This document shows positions 1-12,259 of a stretch of 64,000 nucleotides of DNA, piece after piece. The stretch's first letter is position 1. Each line of letters opens with the position of its first letter. Below the pieces are notes generated by a model. That model was given only the letters and a program-made list of their open reading frames with translations. It was not told the DNA's origin and made no database searches. A program made the translations under genes and the position numbers. The stretch is from Chrysemys picta bellii. Taxonomy: Eukaryota. The stretch covers positions 23,250,001 through 23,314,000 of the forward strand of contig NC_088794.1 of NCBI RefSeq assembly GCF_011386835.1, given 5' to 3'.

Positions 1-630
1 TCTGCCTCATAAATGGCCCCTTTGGGAGACCCATCTGGCAGCACCTTGAACTGGTGGGAAGAGGATAATGAATCCCCCTGCCCCCAGGCTGGTAGTTTGT
101 ACATCAACCACAGGCAGCTGCAGGGCATCAAATGTTTATAACTGACCTCAGACAACCTCTTTCCCCATCATGCTGAATGGGGGAAGAAGCCTCCCATCCA
201 TCAAGGCTGGCTTCGCCCCTGCTTTGATGTGCTACAAGGTCTGTCATATGGTAACCAGATACTCAGGAGAATGCCAGCAGGTGGAATGCACCCTGGGGGA
301 GCGGCTGGCCCGTCCGTCATTCAGACAATCCAGTAGAAGGAGATTCCCTTGGGGTAAGATCTACATTCAGTTCAGTGCTGATAAAAGATTTACAGCCCCA
401 TATGTCAAGGGTCTGATCCTCCTCTCACTTTCACCAGGAGTCAACTCCAATGACACCAATGGAATATTGAGGGGAAAATCAGGCTATAAAGTGAAGAATG
501 AGCGCAGGGTTAGCTGCAGCAGGGCAGCTTTCCCTAACACTGCCTCTGCCACTGAGCCCCCGTGCTGGGCTGGGACGACCCCCTCTAGGAACGAGAGGGG
601 AATTCAGTCATCTGAAGTTTGGGTCCAGAC

Positions 631-1616
631 TAAGGCTGGCCGGAAAGCAAGCATTCTGTTTCCTGAAAAGTTCGGATGTGTTGATACCTGAATCAAGACG
701 TAAGTGGGACCTTTCCCAATTTTTAACGAAAAAACATAGAGAGACCGTGACGCTACCCCAGAATAGATGTAATAACCAGTGGTTATGGCCCTCACTGGGG
801 GCATCCGAGACCCAGGGCTGATTCAGAGCAAGGCCATGAACCTGGCACACCCCAGGTGAGTCCTCTAACCATGGGGCTAGAGAGTCTCTTCCTCAATCTC
901 ATTTTCTCCTGTTGGAGCTGTTCTTTGTATAAAGAATCAAATACTAATTCAGTGGCGTAGCCAGGTTTTAAGAGCAGGGGGAGCAAACATAAAAAAGGCG
1001 CCCCCCCTTGGGTCCTCCTCTGGCCACGCCCCCCTTGGTTCCTCCTCCGGCCGCTCCGCACCCCCCCCCTTGGCTGGGGCCTCCGGCTGTGCCGGCCCCC
1101 CCATTGGCTGCCGGCCGCCATGCTGCGCCCCCCCCCCTTGCTCCTCCAGCCACAGCTGCCGGCCGCGCTGCGGGCCGCCTTGCTGCGTCCCCCCTCGCTC
1201 TGCCTCCTCCAGCCGCGCCCACTGCCCCCCCATTGGCTGCCGGCCGCGCTGCGGGCCACCCTGCTGCGCCCCCCCTCGCTCTTCCGGTCATGCCGTCCCC
1301 TCCCCAGGGCTCCTCCGGCTGTGCTGACCCCCCTTGCCTGCAGGAGGTCAGCGCCGGCTGGCAGGCGCGCCACTTTTTGAAAACGTGCTGAGGGGAAGCG
1401 GCTGCTTCCCCTGCACCCCGGTAGCTACGCTACTGTACTAATTGGCCCCAAAAGGGAGAGAGGCTGACTCGACAGCCCCACAGTTAGGGCGCTCTCCTGG
1501 GATGTGGGGGACTGAGCTACTGGGGTAGGCCTCCCCCTCTCTCCAGAGAGTCCATCCTGGACTGAGAAACCTTCCTGACCAAAAAAGTTTTGTTGAGAAA
1601 TCCTCGATCAGCTCAG
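631..1616. mobile_element. Older non-autonomous hAT-type element hosting a younger MITE
   Basis: Perfect 8-bp direct repeat GTCCAGAC at 623-630 and 1617-1624. Degenerate TIRs (TAAGGCTGGCCGG; reverse complement of right end CTGAGCTGATCG). Internal inverted tRNA-SINE-like segments at about 850-885 and 1465-1505. Confidence 0.7.
950..1435. mobile_element. Non-autonomous hAT MITE with GC/CpG-rich internal repeats
   Basis: TIRs CAGTGGCGTAGC and GCTACGCTACTG (11/12 match). Perfect 8-bp TSD TACTAATT at 942-949 and 1436-1443. Confidence 0.9.
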
Positions 1617-2202
1617 GTCCAGACAGAACTCCACCATAGTCTGGGGGAGGGATGAGAGAGGGAAAAGAGGGGGTGTTTGGACCCAGGTCCAGCTCACGTC
1701 CTGCTGCCTGCACGCTTTGAAGAGCTCAGACACACATGCGCTCCAGATTCAAATAAAACTTGATCAGGGAAGACTGTGAAACGATGTCTACAAGGTGCAT
1801 ACTAATCAAAGTCAAAAGCAATGAAGATGTGGATTGCTAGACATGGGATACACACACACATGCTGGTGGACCAATGTGGAATACTCAGATACGTCAAGCC
1901 CACAGCAACAACGCTGCTGGCGAGGACCCATCAGTCATTGCATCACACAGTGCACTGAACAGCTACACAAGCACCACAAGGTGGCAGGTCAATTCAAGCA
2001 GTACTCTGCCTTCGGCTGGGGTTCCCAGGTATGCAGCACTACAGCGCATCCCAGCCCAGGAGAGTGGGCTCTCGCATAAGTTCAGGACAGCAAACTTCTT
2101 CCTATTGCTGTTCTGGAGTGTAGAGCAGATTGGAACTGAGCACGCATTCTGCTGCGCTTCCCAGCCTGCCAATTGCCTTTGTTGTGGATCAGCAGCAATG
2201 CT

Positions 2203-2930
2203 GAATAGCGGAGGGGAGTGATGGGGTGTGCACCCAACACAGGCCCTACGTGGGTTATTATGGACCCGAGAGACCAATTATGGTACTTGGCTACACCCGG
2301 AGGGAGAGCCAGGCTTTACTGACCGTGAAGCCCGGCCGGGCAGGAGCAGCCTGGTTATTATAAAGAGAGGACGTTTGTAGCAGAAGAGGGTTGCTGGGAG
2401 GAAGTCTGCGGTCATTCTCTGGGAGGTTGTGAGGAGGAAACCCAGGGGGAGAATAAGCCCAGGATCCTAGCCCTGAAAGAAGGGTCAACACAGAGAAATT
2501 GCAGGGAAGAAAGGCTGGGTAGGAAGAAGCCGAGGAAGGCAGCAGCAAGGAGTGGGACTGTGCAGACTTGGGTTGCTGGTTATAGGAACCCAGTGTAGAG
2601 GGAGGACTGGGTTCCCCATTCCAGCCCCTGGAAAGGTGGCATAAAGCCAAGAAGGTGCACGGACCATGAGGCCCCGAGCTGGGGCTGAAGACCTTTTCTA
2701 CGGGAACCTGACTGTTATCTGTGGCACTTTGTTGCCTCAGAAGGGGAGGACTATACAGCGACCTGGCCAGAGGGGCGAGTCACAAAGACGGAGCACCCCA
2801 AGTCAGGGGGAGAGAGAGAGGTCACAGCATGAGTAACTGAAGGAAGGGGGCAACAGATGGGGCAAAAGCTAATTCACAGACCCGACCACAAGGTGGCGCT
2901 CCTGCACAGAGTGAAATCTTTTCCAGGGTG
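2203..2930 (+). mobile_element. Probable solo LTR (Gypsy-like)
   Basis: About 720-bp block resembling turtle Gypsy LTRs as I recall them, with TATAAA-like motif near 2358. Termini are degenerate and no TSD was confirmed. Confidence 0.45.
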
Positions 2931-4089
2931 CAAAGCAAGCTTCTAATTCAGGGCAAGATTGTGACTTTCCCCCGTGTGTCCCCCAACTGCCCTGAGTGGG
3001 GCACAGCGTATAGGCATGGGAGGACAGCCCCTGCCTGCAGGTGGGCAGGCAAGGATGGGTGGAGCCTTGCCTCCGCCCCCAACATACCAGCCAGAAGGAG
3101 CAAGGGCCCGTGGTGGGGAACTGGGAAGGGAATTACGACACTCAGTCCCTGATTGCTCCTGGAGGGCTGAAAGTACAGTCTCTGTCTAGCCCAAGGTTAG
3201 TTAGGGAATGTGGTGCCCATGGCAGGTCCTTTGCAAAGGCCTTACCATGGAGAGCAAACTCCCTGCTCAGGTCTGCAGCTGCCCAGACCCCGTGTAGCTG
3301 GAAAGGTTTGGGGTGAATGTAGCTGTCAATGGATGTTCCCAAAGAATCCTAAAGAATGGCTGAGCAGTCGGCAGCAGGGTTAGAGCTGGCATGGCCAGGC
3401 GAGCCACCGGGCCTGGCAGGAGACATCTCCAGACTCGGTTACGAGGGACTGGTCATTGTGGGGCCCAGAAGGGACTCTTAGTCTTTTATTAAAGGCTAGT
3501 TTTCTCTGTTGCCAATACAACTAGCCAGGCCAGATCTAAACTCTGGGGAAGTCTGGCTCTGAACTTGATGGCATGTACATATGTCCGGGGGAGGACGTGG
3601 GGCGCATTTCCAGCATGACACCTGTTTAACTGCTAACAGCAAACACCTGGGCGCATGCCAGTTTGCAGGGCTGAGGGGATGTGACACACAGGCATGCCCA
3701 GGCTCCTCCAGAGATGCTCCCAGCCCTCCCCCAATGCGTCCATCTGCGCTCCTTATGTCACGTCAACTCCAACAGAGAGCTTCAGAAGGCAATGCCTTAC
3801 TTCTATTAGCACATGTCGCCCCGGACGGATGATTCAAGCGGCATTCAGCTCCCAGCAGGAAAGCATCAGCAAAATAGCCTCTTTCATGTAGGTGGATAAC
3901 TGCAAATAAAGAGAGAGAATTATTAGCACTGAATACTTTCCTTGACTCCCTGGTGCTTTTTTCCCAAAATCTTCAAGTGCTTTAGCTAAACTAGCCAAGC
4001 CAGTGGGAGTCCACTTTTTCCTTCTTGCTAAGAGAAGGAGGAGGGCCTTCTCCTAGCAAGTAAAGGCAGTGGAGGGATTTGGGAAACCT

Positions 4090-4280
4090 CAATTCAGACT
4101 CTGTGGGACCTGTGGCAAATTGCTTAGTGTCTCTGCACCTCATATCCCCCCTGTAAAATGGAGATCTAGACTACAAGCTCTTCATATCAGGGACTCTCTC
4201 TCACTCGGTTTCTATTCAGCACCTAGCACTACGGGGCCACGATATTAGTTGGGGCCTCTAGGTGATTGTAAAACACAAAT
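4090..4280 (+). mobile_element. MIR-type CORE-SINE, degraded
   Basis: Core-like cctca..ccccctgtaaaatggag followed by tail cagcacctagcac..ggggcctctagg. Boundaries approximate. Confidence 0.55.
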
Positions 4281-4633
4281 CTTCTTATGAACCCCTTAGT
4301 TGGGGCCTGATTCTTATTACGTTCATGGTGTGCAAGGCGAGAAGTTACATACAAACATAAAATACCACGGCTGGAAAGTTGCAATGTAGCCCTTACTTTA
4401 TTTCTTAGAATCCAGAACCTTAACACACAAGAACCAAAACCAGAGAGAGACAAAGCAGGCTGCTTCCTAAGGCAGAGAGAGACAACTCAGTCCACCTTGC
4501 TCTAGGCTGGCTCCTGGCAGGCTCACTGCTGAAATCACATACTTCCCTACAGAGTCGCTAGCGTGAAAGCAGGCCCAGGAAACCCCTTACGCTTCAAGTG
4601 CTAGCTTGTAATTTTAACACAGTCTTCAATACA

Positions 4634-5083
4634 TAGCCTTAGCAGAATGCAATTTTCTCTATTTTTTATCATTTCAACAGATAATCAGTTTATTTTTTAG
4701 CTTTTTTTAATATTTGTATCAATTTAAATTTTCACACTTGTGTGAAATTATGGGTTTTCAGCATTTTTTTCTAGTTTTAGCCATTTAAATTTTCACAGTT
4801 GCGGGGAAATTATGGAGGCGTAAAAATGTAGTAATTTAATGACAGTAGAGGCTGCAATTCAAAAAGTTAAAGCTATTTAAATGGTGCCTCTGCTCCAGCT
4901 CCATTAATACAGACATCAAAACACATTTTATACACATGAGGGTGGGACGTAATATGTTCCCAAAGCAGCATTTTTCTTACTTTGCCTATCTGTAAATTTT
5001 GATCATCATTGATGGAAATATTTTTAGTCCAATTGTGTGTATGGTGAAATTGACATTTCCCAATCAAAATCCTTCTGAGCCCA
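4634..5083. mobile_element. AT-rich non-autonomous hAT element (TAGGCTTGGCAG-type TIR family)
   Basis: TSD TCAATACA / TCAATACT (7/8). Internal sequence homologous to copies at 13016-13399 and 33909-34286. Confidence 0.75.
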
Positions 5084-6059
5084 TCAATACTCCACAATTC
5101 TCTCCTGCCTCGCACCCGGTGCCCTGGATTTCACCCATACACAGTGGGTGTAAAATGCTGCCAATGATGGGAAAAGAGAAAGCTGATGTGGTAGCGTTTT
5201 ACACCCAGTGTGTAAGGAGTATTGCTAATCCCAAGCATTCAGAAATCAAGAGACTGGTTTTAAATTCATGAATTAAAAAATGCTTTTTATTTGCATTCTG
5301 ATCTTCTAGGGTCCACATGAGTTCTTTTTTCAAGCTTTTCTCCATAACCATGAGCAACTTTTCATTTTGAAATAAAAGCTGAGATTCTCACCTAATCCCA
5401 TGACTCCAGGAGCTGGGACCTTAAGAAAGACACCAAGTATCTTAAGCCTTGTAATAAAATCCTGACAGTTGACAGCAATGTGTAAATAACAGTACATCAT
5501 GCAATGCAGGAGAGAATCAGGAATTTCCAATGCTCCTTCCCACACTGGCTCTAGTGCAGCTGAGACACTTAGCAGAGTCAGTGGGTATGTGTGAGAGGGT
5601 CTGATGCTGGCTGTGAATGCAGGCGTGCTCTGATTGCCTGAATGATTCAGATCTCGCAGACTCCTGAGAATAAGGCTGGGCTGCCCCAGGGATAATCCCT
5701 GAAAAGCTGCGGGGAGCTGCAATGTCATTACCAGTGCACTGCAAAGAACAGTCGTTGCTCTGGGCCTGACCACAGGTTTATTCTGCTTAGGTTAAGCGCC
5801 CAGCCCGCCCAGGGCCCTCTAACTCTCCTGCTCTCCGTTCCATCCGCATTGATCGCTTTGCTGCAGCTGCCCCTGTAATTTCAGAAATACAAAGAGGTCT
5901 GTTTATGTCTTGGGCTTTTAAAACCCTTGTAAACATCAGGCGTCTCCAATGGTTCGGAGCGGAACTGATTCATAACCCAGTGCCAATCTGCTCCCGCCAG
6001 CCCTCAATTCCTCTCCTTCCTCCCTCCAGCCCTTCCCCTACTGTCTCTCTAGTCCTCAG

Positions 6060-6425
6060 TGTCTGGTTCCCGACTCCCCAGCCTGCTCCCTGATCTCTCC
6101 CCCTGTTCTTTGCCTGTTCCCTCTCTCACCTGTTCGATCTGCCAGTGCCAGTCTCTATTCCCCCACACTTACCTCCTCTCTCACCTGCTCTGTCTATGGT
6201 ATCTCTGCCCCTCTACTCCCTTCCCCCTACAACATATTCTCTCTCTTTTTGTTCCGTTTTTTCTCCATCTTCTGTCTCATTTCTCCATCTGCCTTTCCCC
6301 CGCTCTTCTTTCCCCCAGCTTTCTCTTTCTCCAACTCCCCTTCCTCTGCTTTCCCTCCCCCTTTCATCCGCCGCTCCCCCCCTCCCCGTTCTCTCCCTCC
6401 CTTCCCCGGTCTCTGCTCACCGTTT
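6060..6425. repeat. CT-rich low-complexity tract
   Basis: Polypyrimidine composition. Explains the spurious Pro/Ser/Leu-rich and Glu/Lys/Gly-rich ORFs here. Confidence 0.8.
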
Positions 6426-7702
6426 ACTGATCTCAACATGATAAATCTCTTGCCATTTTAATGTTTTTTCCCCCCAGGGCCAACCAAGTGTTGAATAAAT
6501 TTCTTTTTGAGTCTTACACCCAAAGTGTGGTTTTACAGATGCTAAACCACTCCAGCGACATTAAATTGCAGCTTTGCAGCCACCCCCTACCGCTAGCAGC
6601 CATCTGCAGCCACTTGCATTATTTAGACTCACCTACTTTGTTGCAGGGGTCCAGGCAGCTGGTCCCAGCACCTACTGCTTCTATAGACACTCAACGATGA
6701 GCCATGGGATTGCTTGGCAACTCCACGGCAAAAGCAACTCAGCGGGAGTCACTGTGGGAAGAGGTGGGAATTATCTCCTCTACTCTACCACGGCATGTTG
6801 GACCTTGGAGCAGGGGTTCCCAAACTGAGCAGCACCAAGGACTGTGTTTGTGACCGTGATACTGAATCCAGGACCTTCAAGATGAGCCTCAACCCACTTG
6901 AATTAATGGGAGTAGCTCCACTAACTGGTAGTGGTAGTAGACTTTTATCTTCTGTGCACTGTGGGCATGTGTATACAGCCCCTAACACAATGAGGTCCTG
7001 ATCCCAGATTGGGGTTTATAGGCATGATGTCAATGCAAGTAATAAACAGTAATAATCACGAAAGGCCTGAGTTTCCCATGAATCTGGGTCTGTTTGTGGC
7101 TTTGGGTGGGCGACACGGAGACATGCATAAACCAGCTCTGTGCACTTTATTTCTCCTTTATCAGGATTTGCTTTATTTTTCATGTTTCCCAGACTGACAA
7201 ATGGGTAGAAAACAGACTCCTGGCTATTACCTGTATGAGTTGCCTGCTGCCTCTCTCCCCTTGGCAGTGGCTGAAAGCAGAAGAAGCAGGAGTGGCATAT
7301 AAATTTCCTCTCTCCCTTAATAAATACCTCTATTACCTTGCTGATTCTCCCAGCTTTCTCCAGCTGGCTGGTACAGTCTCTCTCTCTCTTTCCCTCTCAC
7401 TCGCTCGATGACTTTCTGCCTGCCAGGCAGATGTGATAAACTGCTATTTTCATTTCCACGGGGAATAAACAGCAGGGCCTAATCACAAAGGAAGCGCTTG
7501 CAGCAAAGGTTTGTGGGCCAGCAGCTGGAATCTTGCCGCACTCCCTGGTTGGATTGGAGCTCAGGGAAGAGAAATGTTTCCCTGGCCATGGCACAGACGG
7601 GTTGTTTTGGTCCATGTGCTCTTTGGAGCAAGAGTAGGGTCAGTTCATGTCTTTGGCACTGCAGAGGCTGATGGCTGCCAGCCTCTGTGAATGATTTCAT
7701 CC

Positions 7703-7893
7703 AGGAAGGAAGCGGCGCGGGCCGAGGGACATGCTGGCCGCCCTTCCTGTAGCCCCCATTGGCCTGGAGCGGCGAACCGTGGCCAGTGGGAACCATGATC
7801 GGCTGAACCTGCGGACGCGGCAGGTAAACAAACCGGCCCGGCCCGCCAGGGGCTTTCCCTGAACAAGCGGTGGCCCTAGTTGGAGAACCATTG
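7703..7893. mobile_element. Truncated hAT-Charlie-type palindromic MITE
   Basis: Right TIR GTTGGAGAACCATTG followed by GTCTAGAC. Homologous to the right part of the complete copy at 29684-29975. Left end missing. Confidence 0.75.
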
Positions 7894-8317
7894 GTCTAGA
7901 CCATCCCTGACAGGAGTTTGTCTAACCTGCTCTTAAAAATCTCCAATACCAGAGATTCCTCCCTAGGCAATTTATTCCAGTGCTTAACCACCCTGAAAGT
8001 TAAAAAGTTTTTCCTGATGTCCAACCTAAACCGCCCTTGCTGCAATTTAAGCCCATGGCTTCTTTTGCTTCTTGTCCTATCCTCAGAGATTTATGAGAAC
8101 AATTTACCTCCCTCATCCTTGTAACAACCTTTTACGTACTTGAAAACTGTTATCATGTCCCCTCTCAGTCTTCTCTTCTCCAGACTAAACAAACTCAATT
8201 TTTTTTTAGAATCTTCCCTCATAGGCCATGTTTTCTAGACCTTTAATCATTTTTGTTGCTGTTTTCTGGACTTTCTCCAATTTGTCCACATCTTTCCTGA
8301 AATGTGGCACCTAGAAC

Positions 8318-8535
8318 CAGGGCCAGCTGCAGGCACCAGCTTGCCAAGCAGGTGCTTGGGGCGGCCACTCCGGAGAGGGGCGGCACGTCCAACTATTCGG
8401 AGGCAATTTGGCGGACAGTCCCTCACTCCCGCTCGGAGCCAAGGACCTGCCGCTGAATTGCCGCCGCAGATCGTGATCGCAGCTTTTTTTTTTTTTGCGC
8501 CGCTTGGGGCGGCAAAAACCCTGGAGCCGGCCCTG
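8318..8535. mobile_element. hAT MITE (CAGGGCCGGC TIR family) nested in CR1
   Basis: TIRs CAGGGCCAGC and GCCGGCCCTG. Perfect TSD CCTAGAAC at 8310-8317 and 8536-8543. Confidence 0.9.
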
Positions 8536-8676
8536 CCTAGAACTGGATACAATACTCCAGTTGAGGCCTTATCAGCGTGAAAATGAGCAGAAGACACTCC
8601 TGCTAATGCATCCCAGAATGAGGTTTGCTTTCTTTGCAAGTGTTACACTGTTGACTCATATTTAGCTTGTGGTCCA

Positions 8677-8865
8677 CTATGACCCCAGATCCCTTTCTGT
8701 AGTACTCCTTCCTAGGCAGTCATTTCCCATTTTGTATGTGTGCAACTGATTCTTCCTTCCCAAGCGGAGTACTTTGCATTTGTCCTTATTGAATTTCATC
8801 CTATTGACTTCAGACCATTTTGCCAGTTTGTCCAGATCATTTTGAATTTTAATCCTGTCCTCCAT
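8677..8865 (-). pseudogene. CR1 ORF2 reverse transcriptase C-terminal remnant
   Basis: IQNDLDKLAKWSEVNRMKFNKDKCKVLRLGRKN matches the characteristic post-RT region of CR1 ORF2. Confidence 0.8.
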
Positions 8866-8907
8866 AGCACTTGCAACCCTTTCTAGCTTGGTATTGTCCG
8901 CAAACTT

Positions 8908-8992
8908 CTCCCTCGCGGGGTCCCAGAGCCAGGAGCCTAGAGCCTAGGACACAAGCCAGCTGCAGGTGTTAAACTGCAGTGTAGACATACCC
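8908..8992. mobile_element. PIF/Harbinger-like MITE end fragment
   Basis: Ends in GCAGTGTAGACATACCC, the AGTGTAGAC-type terminus also seen at 42722-42994. Abuts the CR1 fragment. Confidence 0.5.
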
Positions 8993-9767
8993 ACAGCGTA
9001 AACATGCAGCCTGAATAAAGAATCCCTGTTGAAATCCACTTTATTTTTAGGCCAGAGGAACTACAAGAGGCTGAATGTGAGCATCCTCTTATAAAAACCA
9101 TCCTGATTCTACCCCGAAGGACAGCCCTTAAGCATCCATATTTGAGAGGCTCTGGTCACAAACAATGGCCTGGCATTTATTGCAGCAGTAGGGCCAATAA
9201 CCCCTGGCTAAGTAGCATTTTGGGTCATGTTGAAAATCCCCTTCTAGATCCCATTGGAGATTCTTCACTGCCAGCTCCTAAAACCTTGTAGGTTTCAATA
9301 TTGCTGACTATGACTAGCTAGTATGTTGCACCCCAGAGGTAGCAGCATTGCAGTGTCGGGGGAGCAATTCCTGCAGATACTGTGAGTAAAGCACTTTGAG
9401 ATGCAAGGTGCTACAATAAAATCTTTCTTATGGCCACTGAATTTTCAAACTCAGGAGGACAAGTTTATTTCCCAGAGGATGTCCTGTCCCCTCTGTCTAG
9501 TTCAGCACAGTGCCTGATTTGGAACATATGCAGAATAAATCTTCTAAAATACCATCTCCTCCTCCCACCCCCATTCTTATAATTTTTTTGCAGCATCTTG
9601 GTGACGTTTTAAGCTATAAAGTGACCCTGTGAAACTATCCTTTCAGGGGTGCCATGACATTCCATCAGGGTGCCAATAACTGTCTCATTTCATTTGCACA
9701 CAGGCTTTAAATACAGTACTTTTATTGTACAGGAAGCACTTGCTAGATTATTTGGTCACTAAAATAG

Positions 9768-9930
9768 GGAGGAAATATTGTCTAGTGGTTACAGCATGAG
9801 ATTAGGAGTCAAGAGACCTAAATTTTGTTCTTTACTCTGCTACAAACTCACTACATGGCCTTGGGCAAGTCTGTTAACCAATCTGTGCCTCAGTTTTCCC
9901 ATCTGTAAAATGAGGATAATACTGCTTCCC
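9768..9930 (+). mobile_element. MIR-type CORE-SINE
   Basis: tRNA-like head (gtctagtggttacagca) plus core tgtgcctcagttttcccatctgtaaaatgagg. Confidence 0.7.
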
Positions 9931-9977
9931 CCACCCCACTGGTTACATTACTGCAGGGTATCATTATTATAACACCC

Positions 9978-10185
9978 CACTGGGCATTGTACAGACACAT
10001 GGTAAGCGAGACAATCCTTGCCCTGAAGAAGAGTTTATAATCTAAGTAAACAAGACAGACAAAGAATAGGAAGGAAAACTGAGGCACAGAGGAGAAGTGA
10101 TGTGCCCAAGATCATTCAACAGGTCATTGGCAGAGCTGGGAAAAGAGCCTCCTGCACCCCAGTCCACTAGGCAACACTACCTCTC
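9978..10185 (-). mobile_element. MIR-type CORE-SINE
   Basis: Reverse core aaactgaggcacagag..gtgatgtgcccaagatca..tggcagagctggg. Confidence 0.7.
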
Positions 10186-10299
10186 TGTCAGCCAGAGTGG
10201 GCAAAGAGAGACACCTCCCCTGGGTATTAAAAAGGTGTTACTGCACTAGCCTTTCACCTGAGGATACGCAACTTCAGATTGGCAAGTGAAAATGTGTCT

Positions 10300-10580
10300 G
10301 GTTGTTCTCCTAGCAGCATAAGGGGTCAGGAGAAGATCAGGCTAGACCTAGCTGGGTTGTTGCAGGTGCATTGGCAGAGCTAGGAGGCCCATACGGGGAT
10401 AGCAGAGGGTGCTGCAGCCGGTGAGGACCGAGGTGTATTAGCAAGGCTGGAATAGCAGGAGGAACTGCAGGGTGCACTAGGAGAGCCATATAAGGGGCCT
10501 AGGACTGAAAGAGCACATGGCCAGTATAGAGGTGCATTGGGAGGCCAGAGTGGAATAGCAGCTGGGGTCAGAGGAAAGCT
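10300..10580. repeat. Degenerate G-rich minisatellite, unit about 55 bp
   Basis: Recurrent ggctggaatagcag / ggactgaaagagc / gtggaatagcag and gcagggtgca(c/t)tgg motifs. Related to 15740-16030. Confidence 0.5.
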
Positions 10581-11844
10581 GTGGAGACAGCTTGCCCAGC
10601 ACTGCCAAGCTCTAGCCTGTGCTGCTGTGACTCTCAGAGTACCAAATTAACTCCACACATACCTCCAACGCCTTATAACAACATGGCATGCTTTCCACTA
10701 ATTGGTGACAGGGCCCCCGTGTGGAGGGATGGGAGGGAGGCTTGTCCAGAATCAAACAGGTCACGTTGCACCGTACTCAAAGCGGAGATCGCTCTCTGTT
10801 GTATGCTCTCCCGGTCCCTCACCGCAGGAGCAGCTCTCATTAGCAATAATGAGTTTCGTGCTTTCCCACCAAGGAGAGGATTTAGCCCTTAGCCAGGCGG
10901 CGTGTTGCACAGAGCAGGGAGCTGCAGCAGTTTCAAAAGGAGGCCATCCACTGTGTGCGGGGGGAGTGCAAGGGCACAGTTAGAAAGAATGGATGCATCT
11001 CCCTGTGGGAGCCGAGCCCAGGTTCATTAGATGATGAATTAACAACTCCATTCTCCAGTGGGGATTTCACCAGAGGCAACCCACTCCCATGCTCCTACCT
11101 CCGTGGACAGGGAGGAAACTGCTGGCAGTCTGACTCAAATTCATTTTTCCAATGGTGTATGCAGGCAAGGTTGCATTCAGATCCCATAAGTACATCTGAG
11201 GATGCCAGGGTGCCAAGCACTGCCCTAGGGGCACACTGGATTGGTTCCTACGGAAGGTCTAATGCAAAACGCTCATCGGCGTACATGTGCTTTGGCTGGG
11301 CTCTAAAACTGTTTTTAAAGCTTTTCAGCAAACACCTGGTTTAGGCTGGAGGGAGGGAGGGAAAGACTTTGGGCCTGATTCTTGGCTGCTCTGCACCTGA
11401 TGTTGTCAAGCGCACTAGTGCAAAGTGATTTCACGTCAGACTGGGAGGCTTCTATCCACCCACGTGCTGCCAGCCAAACTGGCTGCTCCAGGTGCAAGTT
11501 ACCACAATGGATCTCCAGCTCTGCTCTGCCTTGGAATATGTGACCTTCCGCAGCCTGTATTTTAAACCCATATGGTTGGTTTTTCTCCCCCAGCTGATTC
11601 CATTTTTAAACCATGTTTGTTCTAGTTAAAGAAAATGCTATATTAGAGGCTGGGCTGACACAAGGGGGTCCATTACTGCAGTACATACCCGCTAGTTAGG
11701 TTGCATTTTTGTTGGTTTCTCTCATCCTTATTTTCTCTCAGTTCCATTTTCCGCTGGCCTCCCCCTACCTGTATCTACATTCATGCGCGCAGTGTCACAG
11801 AACCTCACAGACACTCATGAACGTGTCCTCCCTCAACGAGTAGG

Positions 11845-12190
11845 CAGAATTAGCCCTGTTTTACAGACCGGGGGACAGAGGGACAGACTAAGATCCCTCA
11901 AAGGCTTTTAGGCACTTAACTCCCGTTGCAATCACTGGTGGTTTAATTCATTTTTCCAGTGGCAAGTTTGTGTTCGGATTCCACCAGCACTGTGGCTTGA
12001 AAGTATCTTTTTGGAGATGTCAAGAGTCCCTATAAATCCATGGTAGTAAGGTGCCTAAATACCATTGATGGTCTGGTCCTAAGTGACTTGCCTAAGGGCC
12101 GACAGGGAGTTTGTGGCAGAGCCAGGAATAGATCTCTGATCTGCTGAGGGCCAGCCCAATGCTTTCTCCACAAAACCATCCTTCCTCTTC
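11845..12190 (-). mobile_element. MIR-type SINE interrupted by a palindromic repeat
   Basis: ttttacagaccgggggacagagggacagactaag continues after the insert as aagtgacttgcctaagg..gtggcagagccaggaatag. Confidence 0.55.
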
Positions 12191-12259
12191 CCTCTGAGCT
12201 TTCTCTTTTCCCAGGCTCTATTCTGCCTAGGACACGGCCCCATAGAGCATTTGCTGACC

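Larger units (their letters stand above)
7894..8905 (-). mobile_element. CR1 LINE 3-prime fragment with internal deletions
   Basis: Typical CR1 ORF2 C-terminal and 3-prime sequence (gtctaacctgctcttaaaaatctccaat; aactggatacaatactccag). Interrupted by the MITE at 8318-8535. Confidence 0.9.

Noticed and set aside
170-691. 173-aa ORF
   Set aside because: No recognisable motif or splice context, and it runs into a transposon end at 631.
792-1391. Several overlapping 85-193 aa Gly/Pro/Ala/Arg-rich ORFs
   Set aside because: They arise from the stop-poor GC-rich interior of the 950-1435 MITE, are open in many frames on both strands, and contain no domain.
6059-6461. Leu/Ser/Pro-rich and Glu/Lys/Gly-rich ORFs
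   Set aside because: Products of the CT-rich tract. The same applies to the ORFs at 37305-37847.
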